Assembly: GCA_043228905.1 (NCBI GenBank)
Contig: JBHGNT010000004.1
Location: 14,446,001 to 14,510,000, forward strand
Length of the DNA: 64,000 nucleotides
From: Azolla caroliniana
Lineage: Eukaryota > Plantae > Polypodiophyta
Direction: 5' to 3'
Shown here piece by piece: positions 23,833-34,700 of the stretch. The notes under the pieces are model-generated. The model was not told where the DNA came from and searched no databases. It saw only the letters and a program-made list of their open reading frames with translations. The position numbers were made by a program, and so were the translations under genes. Position 1 is the first letter of the stretch, and each line of letters begins with the position of its first letter.

Positions 23833-26480
23833 TTCGGGAAAAGTTACTCTTCGGACTTCAATAGGCCAAATCTAGGTCGACTGCGCTCCCAATTAGTCTT
23901 CGACTGTCTTGGTGAGACTGCCTAACATCCGGTCTGGGTGGGGGTGGGGGGGGGGGGGGGGGGGGGAAGATACTAAGACGGTACCGTATGCACCGACAAT
24001 TGGCTCCTTCATGTACGCAATGGTCATGACATGGAAGATAAAGAAAGCAACATAGACAATATCAATAGAAAAGGCAACAAGAAGTGAAGAAGACACCAAT
24101 AGGCACAGAACAGTGTAATTGTATTATTCACTCAAAGTTACAATGACACAGTATACAAAGAAAGCAACATAGACAAGATCAATAGAAAAGGCAACAAGAA
24201 GTGAAGAAGACACCAATAGACATAGAATAGTGTTAATTGTATTATTCTCTCAAAGTTACAATGACATCATATACAAAATGAACAACCTCTAAAACTAGGT
24301 TACAAGAGTCAGTTTAAATAGGTCCAACTGCCCTTTCCACTATTTACATAAATAGCCTAAAACCTAGTATGTCCAAATAGGATAGTGTGAATACGTCCAT
24401 TATTCCCATATTCGGCAGGGTTACACCATTGGAATTTTATGATTAGGGTGGATCTCCGATGGGACTCGGACTCGCGTGACCACGCTGCTCGATTGTGTGA
24501 AGGATTACTACGTGAAGAATTTGGACTCGCAGAACATACTGCCCAACCACCCTCTGTCTAGCTTCCAATATCTATCTTGATATAGGTACTCACGGGTTCT
24601 AGTATTGACTGACTGGTTGCACAAACTAAATGAAGGGTCGCGCCAATAGTCATAGTTGTAGTTGTAGCCATAACCCATAGTTCTAATTATTTATGAAGTG
24701 GTATATAAGGGAAGGGGGGGGGGGGATTTTGGATGTCTTTTGTTTTAATCAAGTGTGGGGGCACCTCTATTAGCAAGAAGAAGAAGAAGAAGAAGAAGAA
24801 GATCATTTTATTTATTGGGTGGGTGGGTGGGTTTATGTACATATGTGCATTATGTATGCCAGCTAGCCAAACCCCAACACACGCTCGTGACTAACTACAA
24901 CAAAAAATTAAAGAGGGCAAGTGAGGGAATCGCGGGCGTGGACATTGATGGCGCGTGCGATCTCCATCATCCAATGTGGATAAAAAGCTGACAACGACTG
25001 TCACCAGGAGCCCGACTCTCTAACAGTCTCTGTCACCAGGAGCCCAACTCTGTCACAAGGAGCCCCGCTGTCGGACAGCCTCTGCCACGAGGAGCCTGAC
25101 CAACTTTGGGTAGGAGCCCAACTCTCAAAAAATAAAACTAATAAAGAATAAAACAATGAGATATAAAATAAGAGTGAATAGGGTAGTGGTTATAGATTTT
25201 TCTAAGATATGTTAGGTCTATGGTTCAAATCCTTTTCTTCTTTGAATTCTTTCTTTTTGGTTTTCTTCTTCTTTGATTTCTTTCTTTTTTAGGGTTTTGA
25301 CATTTGCTTTAGGGTATCTAGTCACTTTACACTTCATTTACATTTAAGGGGTCATAACAGTGGTATTTAATTCAACACCTTAATTACCAAATGTGTTCAT
25401 GGTGCCATAATAGTCTAAAAGATGTAAAATTGTCATCATCAAACACTTAACCATATGTTGTTGACCGTACATTTGTGCCCAACTTTCAAAAGCTCATTTG
25501 CCAAATAAAAATAGAATGGCAAGCCCCACTACTTCTCCCTAGATGGCCACTTAGCTTCCACAATTATTATATGATAGTTTTGCATCTACAAGTGACAACA
25601 TGATGAATTCTCGTCTTTTGCAATTGTAGATCTTTTACCCTATGATCCTTCTAATCCGCATCGAGCCCTTAACACTTTTGTTCAAGTAAAGTTAGCTCTT
25701 ACCATTTGGGCTATGTTTGATTGTCACTTTAATATGCAACTCACTCATGTTCCAAGTAAAGTTAACTCTCATAATTTGGGCTTTTTCTTTATTATTTGAC
25801 TTTATACCATGGAATACTCTACCTATGGATCATGTGCCAACATAAGCAGATATGACTCCACCAATAGTTACTGACACTATTACCACCACCGTGTCAGAAA
25901 TGAACCTCAAAAGTTATATAGCTTTTAACTTCCAGCAAAAGGATAAACATGGATACAAAACCCCAAGACCTCAAATACAAACGATGCACCGGATGACCAT
26001 GATGTATCCTCCAATTAATCTTCCGACATTGCAAAGACACCATGATGCATTGTACTCTCCATAGATGGTTGTGGTCGATTACTACGACAAGTGAAGGGAA
26101 TGTGAGTAATTATGCCAATGAATAAAGTGAATGAACTCAAATGAATGCCAATGATTGAAGTTCAAATGAATTCGAACATAATCGATAATGCACATGAATG
26201 AAGTGGATGATTTCAATTTCTTCAATGATTTCAGCACTTCGAGAATGATTTCAACTCTTAGTGAATGATCGAGAATGCCAACTGTTCGTGAATGATTGAA
26301 TTTGTGGTTTGATTAATCTCTACGGTGAATAAAATCAGTGCGAGTGATTAATAGACGGTGAATGAAGGGAATGATTTCAGCTCTTAGTGAATGAGTTAGT
26401 GACTAGTAGTTAATCAATTTAGTGTGATCGTTAGTATGATCGTTGCAATGCCATCATTTCACGTAGTTGGGCACCTGCCT

Positions 26481-26788
26481 ATTAATCAGTCGGGCTCCCT
26501 CCTTTGATATGAGTCGGGCTCCTCATTAATTAGTCGGGTTCCCTCCTTTGATATGAGCCGGGCTCCTCATTAATCAGTAGGGCTCCCTCCTTGGATATGA
26601 GCCGGGCTCCTCATTAATCAGTAGGGCTCCCTCCTTTGATATGAGCCGGGCTCCTCATTAATCAGTAGGGCTCCCTCCTTTGATATGGGCTGGGCTCCTC
26701 ATTAATCAGTAGGGCTCCCTCCTTTGATATGGGCCGAGCTCCTCATTAATCAGTAAGGCTCCCTCTTTTGATATGTGCCGGGCTCCTC
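26481..26788 (+). repeat. Tandem array, 7 x 44 bp (ATTAATCAGTAGGGCTCCCTCCTTTGATATGAGCCGGGCTCCTC)
   Basis: Units start at 26481, 26525, 26569, 26613, 26657, 26701 and 26745. Confidence 0.95.
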
Positions 26789-27267
26789 ATTGTGGAAAAT
26801 TTGGAATATTGAAAATTTGTGAGGATTTCGAACATAATCTTGTGTAGTGTTCACAAAGCCGATCTTCTTCAGTATTGACTTACTAGGGCGTATGCAACAC
26901 TAGCAGAGGATTATTTCAACTCTTTGAAGAACCCCAACCAAGAAACTGGCTTTTTACTAAAGCATTACATACACCGTTTATATAGGTAAGAATCAAGAAT
27001 GAAATAAATTCACATTGAGTCATATACAACCAAAATGACATTCAAATGTTGATTTGAGATTACAAAATTAACTATATTGATATGGCCAATAATATACAAA
27101 GAAGGCATGCTGCCTTGATTCCAAAATACAACCTTAGTTCCAGAATATACAAAAAAGGCAAGCCGCCTTGATTCCAAAATACAACATTGATGGCAACCTT
27201 GGTTCCATAATATACAAAAAAGGCTAGCAACCGCATTAGATAGTACATCAAGATCATGTATTTGATG

Positions 27268-30200
27268 TTACAAAATACAACTCTGAATGATTAAAATAAC
27301 CCTAAGCCAATGCCCTGAGTGCAATATTGGAATGAAGACATATTCCCGTTCAGGGACCCGAGTGAGTATGTTTTCTACCTTATGACGTTGCTCTACTAGT
27401 TGTACCCATAATGGATCAACAATATGAAACCGCTTGTTGATCTCAGGGGGTAGTGAGTACTCCATCCATAAGTGGAAGAGGGTCATTGTCGACGTGGATG
27501 CCATCTCCCCTGCAATGCACAACGAACATAGTTCTACCTCAGTCAAAAAGACCGCTAGATCTATTCTTCGGCAAGCCACCTGAAACCTGTTTATTAGGCC
27601 ACATTAGCAAGTATAAAAATACATAAAGTTAACTTTTGATCTCATGCCCCCACCATAATGACATACCTAGTGAACTTATTTTTTGTTGTGTTATCCCATG
27701 TTTTCGTGATTGTCCTAGGACCAATAAAGACAATCCCAATGTCCTCACTCTCATCTGTGTCGGATGATATAATGTCCAATTTGGCTAGGTCCACTTTTTT
27801 CTTGCGAATTTGGATTTTCGACCTCCTTGGTTGTCGGATTGTCGATTCTGATAGTTCGTCCTGACCACCATCGGTCTCTACATTTCCCACATCTTCGGGC
27901 ATGGGAAACCCATGATTCTTACACTGAAATTCATACATAAGATTCACACATAATCATTTACACTAGATTTAGACTCACATAAGATGCACACATAATCATT
28001 TACCATACTTACATACGATTCAGATGCAACCACAATCTTCAACTTCAATTTTGCCATCCGGTGCTCCTTCCCCCCGTCGTACCTGACCATCTCTTGGTTG
28101 ATAAATCGGGCAATGAAATCAGCATCCTTGGATGTTTGAAGTGTGTCTAGAGTGGCTTTGAAGATTTTAATCGCACTTGTCTTCAACTTCCCCATGTACG
28201 ATTGGCGTGATCTGTTGTACTTTAGCTCCGGATCCAAAAAATGCCTTATCGATCGATGTCTTTCGTAGTTGCTAAAGAATGAGGTGGTTGTGCTCTTCAT
28301 GGAGGTCGATTGCTCTTCTTCCTCTAATTTCAGCCCCCGAGGCAATATTACACGAATGCCATGTGCCTTCTGTAAGTGAGCTTCCATCTTAGCTTTCTTG
28401 CGAAACAATCATACCTCTTTTCTACATGAATCTCCAACAATACATATGCGACATTTGATACCGGTTGAGTCTCTTCCACACTTGAAGAGGGACATAGGGT
28501 CCACTACAACATTGGTGTGACATTTGCATTAGAAAACCCCAATATATACTTACTTCAATAATGATTACAAGAATGCAACCCTAAACTCACCATTTAGTTT
28601 GACGTCTTCAACAAATGGCCCCACATTGTGTATGGGGTTCGTATCCATGTTCGAGTCATTCATAGGCTTTTCAATAATGATGTTTTCACTATCCATATTG
28701 TTGGATTTAGGGCAGCGAGCACCCTTTCTTACATAAACCCTAAACCATCATTCAAGTTAGCACACAAACATCACTATTTATACATAATATATAGTTGAGA
28801 AATGATTCAGGCCATACCTGCCTTCATAGGGTTTTATTTCACCCCAATCTGCATCAAAGTCTATGAAGGTATTGGACCAACTAGCCATCTGTACAAACCA
28901 CATGCCATTTCAATAACCACCTTGATTCGCTTTGTTGTTTTCCCTCCACATTGGAACATTTCAATAATCACTGAACAAAGGAAGAAAGTTCTTAGTTTGG
29001 ATTGTGCTCTATGGTAGATTTATTGTTGTGAGCTCTTTGTGACCATATATTTGATAGCTATGGTAGGAAATTCAAGAGCTTCCTCATCACTAGAAGCATC
29101 CAGTATTACATCTCCCAATGGCAATATACTCCTGGTAGTAATCTCTTGCACCCTCGTTTTTAATGTTCTCTTCGTAATACTTCGATGAACATTATGAGCT
29201 CTATTAGTGAAATAAGTTTTTTGGTAAACCCTAAACCTTATATATTTAATAGGGTCAATTCCAATCTATAGGATGCTTCACAGGCACATCTCAAACTTCT
29301 CTTATATAGACAACTATTTTATACACATGTCATAGAGACAAGGCCTTGACACACTTTGCATCTAGTGGTTTGAGGTATACCTTTTATAGTAATATATATG
29401 TATCTTTCTCTAAAGAGAATGCAAACAAACAACCATAACCATTCTGATCCTTGTCTTTTATGCTTGTGATTTATATACAGCAAGAAAACTCTCGTCCTGG
29501 CTTACAAATGCACCTCTATTCCTTTACACATAAACCCCAAATTCTCACAATCATAGGTTTCCATTTGGAACTCACCTATTGAGGTAATCATGAGATGCTT
29601 CCTAGAAAGGAAAAAACTTACAAAAAATATTAACCTCAGTCTTGGTGAACTTCCATAAAAAGACTTCAATAGAGGATATCGACCCATCTACACTACAAGA
29701 TAGATTAACTTTAGTACATAAATTCATTGTGTTATTATATTTAGTGTCATATGCAGAATGGACGATTTACAGTTATACAACTCACCTGAATTTTGAAAAA
29801 AGGGTCACCTTGAAAATTCTGTAAGATAATTTGTATCTTTATGAAAATCCATTCAATGAGTCATTACACTTACTGTTTTCTAGATTAATGATAGTACTTG
29901 AAATCGAGGTCTGGATCTGAGTTAAAAATTACTTGCTATCTGATTGTTTTGGTCTTTAAACTTAGTCTTCTTTGTATTTATTTCAGGCTTATATCTAGTA
30001 CAATCATAAATCTTTGACAAATAGAAACACTGAGAATCGTTTCTGTGACAACATCTGTTCTTGCAATTTTCCAGGAACGGCTACCATCATCAAATATAGG
30101 ATATTCTACTGTCTTTCTATAAGTATTAGAAATGCAATTGTGAAGCCAGAGCAATGTTCCACTAAGGCAAGGTAGGGTTGCAAGGATTGGGTTAGTTACC

Positions 30201-30873
30201 ACAAACCTAATAACTGAGACAACATAAATGTTTCAGTAAAGAACCTTTTGCCTCATGCTCATAATGGAATGAAGGCATGGAGAGGTAAAGGTTCTATCTT
30301 GAACTTGGCTATGTACACTAAAGTAAGGTGACCTCAACTGAGAAATCTAAGGATGTAGGTGGATGATAGGTGGTAGCAAAAGCAAAAAGAAAAAGCAAAC
30401 CAACATGAGATTGAACACGAGACAATTTTAAATAATGACGAAAAAACTTCATTCAAGAATATAACAATGAAAGAATGAATACATTAATGGAAACAAATTT
30501 ATTTCTAATGATGATATTAGGTTAAGAAAAGTTGTAACTTTCCATCATTATGATTACAAAATGGTTGCAGAAGAAGAAGAGGAAGATGAGGAGGAGGAGG
30601 AATAATGTACCTTTTCATCATTATCTATTAAAAAATATAATGGATGATGGTGATGGTGATGGGGACATCTTCCCATCATTATAATTGCTTAGAAGAAGAA
30701 GAAAGGAAGAGGAAGTAGTTACCTTTTCTTTGTCACAGTAAGTGTTGGAGATGGAGGTCGAATCAAGAGGAAGTTTTGGTTCAGATGGTTCGAGAATAGT
30801 TGAAGTCTCCTTACTCTTCTTCTTCTTCTTCTTCGAAGTCTCCTTATTTTCTTTGTTCTCAGAGGGATTGCAT
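27268..30873 (-). pseudogene. Decayed multi-exon gene: Cys/His zinc-finger-like segments plus Ulp1/peptidase C48-like domain
   Basis: FHIVDPLWVQL...EREYVFIPILHSGHW (Ulp1 catalytic His motif); KCRICIV...MEAHLQKAHGI finger; GT-AG bounded minus-strand exons near 30724-30873, 28817-29200 and 28591-28720; stops present. Confidence 0.6.
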
Positions 30874-31759
30874 AATAAACCCTAAACCGACTGTTAGGGT
30901 TTCCTTGTTTCCCTGCCCTCGCTCAAAACAAAAATAAAATTTCAAATTTCTCTTCTCACACAACAACATATATATAGGTTAGAGTCGGGCTCCTCCCTCT
31001 TGTAAGTCGGGCTCCCATAAAGTGAAAACTTGAGTGCGTGCTTTTTATTATCTAGATTGGACGGTGGAGATCGCACGCGCCATCAACGATGCGACCTGCA
31101 CTGTCCACGCCCGCACTTGCCCTCTTAAATATTTGGTACTAGTTAGACATGTCGCCAACACACACACAAGTTATACCACACACATACACACAAGTTATCA
31201 ACCTCTTCTCGTACCAAGCCAGGTAATCAGGAGAAAAGTTAGGAGCAAAGAAAGCTAGTAATTTTCACGCACGAAGGAAAGTCCTAGGAGATCACTACAA
31301 TGTCGTAGTGACATCTTTGTGTGGGTTTGTAATCGATAAAGTGTACGGTAATTTCGATTACTTTAAACAACACATATGTACATACATATACATACACACA
31401 CGACAGACACGCTCGCACGAAACAAAAAAGGGAAGGGAACCAACAAACGCTTACTTTTGAGTACATAATTAAATACATGTATGTACATTATACATACATA
31501 TATACATATTATACATTATACATTATACATAGACAGACAGACAGACAGACAGACAGATAGATAGATACATGTGTCCGTAGCTTCTTCTTCCTCATTTAAC
31601 AAGCTGTCACTGAGAGTCTGACAGACATAGGAAGAGAGGGAATTTAACAGGCACACACACTCCCACATTTTAACAGAGTTTTTTGTGTCCTTGTTTTGAA
31701 AGAGATTCTGAAGAGAGCTTTTCAGAGTGACAGAGGTCTCATTTATGTGGGAACATTCT

Positions 31760-34700
31760 ATGGAAGAAGACGAAATTAGCACGAGGCTAGATATTTCCGA
31801 TGACGGTATGTATCTTGTCCTTGTTTAATCATGTCTTTCATCCAATTTTTGGTTTTGTCTTAGGTTTTCAACCAAAGCCTTTTATCAATGTTTGGTTTTA
31901 TCTTGGGGTTTTATTCCAGTATTCAACTTTTTTCCTTATTCTTTTATTCATTTATTATGGCTTATAATTTTAGGGTTTTTAATTGACCACGCTTTCTTCT
32001 TTTCGTAATTCGTTTCCTTAAGCAGAAATTTGTCCCTAGACCTTCATTTTCTTCGTCTTAGATGGTTAACCTTTCCATTATGTCAAATCTTCTTTCATTT
32101 AGTTCGTTTTGGATTTTTGGAAATTTCAATCAAGAATTCCTTTATATTGTTTGCCTGTAGATTTTGAGTTTTTTCAAAATTTGAGGCATTTCTTTACTAT
32201 TCTTTTGTCTTAAGATTTTAGGTTTTTACATGGCCAAGACTTTCTTCTTTCTTGGTGTGTCCTAAGATGTTTTAGATCTTCATTTACAGGAATATCATTC
32301 CTGATGTTTTTTTTGCTTTGGCTTAGCCTTTCGTACTTGAAATCATAGAGTTCTAACTGATGATGGATAATATCAACCGTCAAATATGGAATATGTGTGT
32401 GCCTTTTGCAGGCTAAAATTGTGAAGAAGAGAAATCAAATTCAATTTCATGTAGTTAACCTTCATGATACATGAATTCACATAAGATATATCTCACAATG
32501 ATTAGGTAATAAATGTGCCAAATTACTACATCTAATGAATGTTGGATCAGGCCAGTTTCTTTCAAGGTGCAATCTCTGTAAGATCCTCAATTATGACCAC
32601 ATTCTTTCTGATTATAATGAATCCAATTCGAAACAACATACATATTATATAGCTGCATATAATATGTGTATATATCGGTACACATTACATGTAAATGATT
32701 GTAGATGTGGTTGTTCCTCATGAAGATTCCTAACTGGAGAAGGAATACCAAAGAGCCCCTTCTTTCTAGCCCAATAGCATACACATGCATTGCAAGTCAA
32801 CTTTGTTTTTGTTTCCCTTACTGGTCAGTAGTTTTTTTGTATTGTTTTCTTTTGGAAATCCTCTATTAGCTGCAGCCATAAACACTCGATAAGTTAGCTG
32901 GATAATGTTTGAGTAACACAGTGTGTAATGCATTGCAAGCTGTGTTCCTTGTTTGCGAATTTCCAAATAGATACGCCTGTTGGTTTTTATCTCAGTTTCA
33001 GTGATTCCGCCAGTAATGCAAGTATTAAGTTTAGAATTCTGGCACTCTTTCAAGCAATTTAAATAATACCTATTTTGTTGAAACTTAAATAGATGTACTC
33101 AACCACCTACAGATAGCAGAACAAGAGATTATGAGAAAGTGTACCACTTATTCTGGATTATGTAGTGAAATGAGTCTATCTGAATACTCGGGTCAGTTTG
33201 TTATTGAGCCAACAGATGGAAAATTTCATCAAATCCTCTCTTTTGATCGAACTGATGGGAGATTTCAGCTGTTTGGTAAGTTGCTTCTTATACTTGTTTC
33301 TGGATGTGAAAATTACAATATTTTGACACCTGTGGCATATATATTTCGTATTGCAATGAAATTCTGAAATTAAATTTGACAAATATGAGGTGGTTAGGAA
33401 ATGCATCTCTCTCTCTCTATGTGTGTGTGTCAGCATATATCAACAATTGATGGGATCTATCCGCACGTACCGAAACAATTAAATAATCACATACTATTTT
33501 ATTGATCTCTCATTGATTAGATTAATTCTCTCGAAAAGAAGAGGAAAGAGTTGAAAATCTACTTATAAATACATGTATACACACACACACATACATGTAT
33601 GTATGTATGTATGTATGTATGTATGTATGTATGTATGTATCTGCATCTGGGTTTATTTTAGTGCTCGATGGATGGTATAGCAAATTCATAGTCAGATGAA
33701 TTCTAGGCAATCTGTTTTGGAATCTGTATCACCTATTTAGATTTTCTCTGGCAAATTCTTTACATTTGTATGTGTCCCATGACATTGATGGGCATATTTA
33801 TGCTCTAGTCTTTGAAATGTTGTTTCTAATCTGAGATGTTGTAAACATTCTCTGTGGTTTTGCACCTTATTTTGATGTTTCCCACCAGGAATATCATGCA
33901 TTGCTAGAATAATAGTGTTTGTATGTGTGACATGTGTGCATGGGTGAGTAGCTTATGGGTGAGAAATGTATCAGCTGATTGGATGTACATCAATGACACA
34001 TCATGTCCTCTTGTTGTGTCTCATATTACCTGCAGCTGATGTAAAGCTCAATCCAACCATTAATACTTCACTGCACTTTCGAAGGTCCTATTTTCCAGTT
34101 GCTGATAGAGCATTCAGTTCAATCATTAATACTGAAAAGATTTTTTGACCAATTTGTCAACGAACAGTTCTGTTCTCCTCCATAGAGCATAAAGAAAAGA
34201 GAATCATTATTTTGTACTTGGTGTCATTATTTGGGAAAAACTCTGCAATACGGATGATTTTATCTTTATTCCCCAAAAGTCTCTAAGTTATTATCATTTC
34301 CCAAATCTCATGTTCAACCCTGGCTCAAGTGACTTGTGCTATTTGCGTAATCACGTTGTCAATTCATATGTTTTTTCTTAGTTCTATGTGTGGTCTGAAC
34401 TGTAATAAGGTCAATTCATCCCTTTTTTTTCTATCTTTCATTGGGGGATTTCAGGAAATAGCGAAATCCTGCAGCATTTAAGGAAATGATGAAAAAATCA
34501 ACGTCACTTCATACTTTCTCCCTTATCATTTTTTCAAAGAGAGAATTATTGGCCACATCAATAGCTCTGCAATCAATTGATTGTAGATCCACTTATGAGA
34601 GCCCTGCTATCCTTGATAGGAATTGATATAATCTTTAATTCGTTCTCCATCTCCTTTCTACTTCATGTAGGAGTAATAAAACAAGACAAGATGCAAAACC

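Larger units (their letters stand above)
2981..24417 (-). mobile_element. Ty1/copia element A, internally deleted; outermost layer of the nest
   Basis: LTR sequence at 2981-3133 + 21727-21949 (split by B1) recurs at ~24040-24417. Minus-strand PPT (ACGGGGGAG) at 21950-21958. Near-TSD GGGT(T)/GGGTT. RT/RNaseH remnants at 22130-23830. Confidence 0.7.
24883..31155. mobile_element. TIR DNA transposon carrying a Ulp1-like gene (probably MULE-like)
   Basis: Inverted repeats 24888-24987 / 31041-31150 with perfect blocks GAGGGCAAGTG, GCGGGCGTGGACA, TTGATGGCGCGTGCGATCTCCA; flanking direct repeat CCAACACAC (24874-24882 / 31155-31163); subterminal GGAGCCCRACT motifs. Confidence 0.75.

Noticed and set aside
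26481-26788. 44-bp array as a CRISPR array
   Set aside because: Units are contiguous near-identical repeats with no unique spacers, there are no cas genes, and the context is eukaryotic.
25400-26990. Plus-strand transposase gene inside the TIR element
   Set aside because: Exon-like pieces exist (e.g. 26791-26985), but I cannot recognise any DDE or other domain.
28735-30900. Interstitial telomeric array
   Set aside because: Only isolated single AAACCCTAAA telo-box motifs, not tandem repeats.
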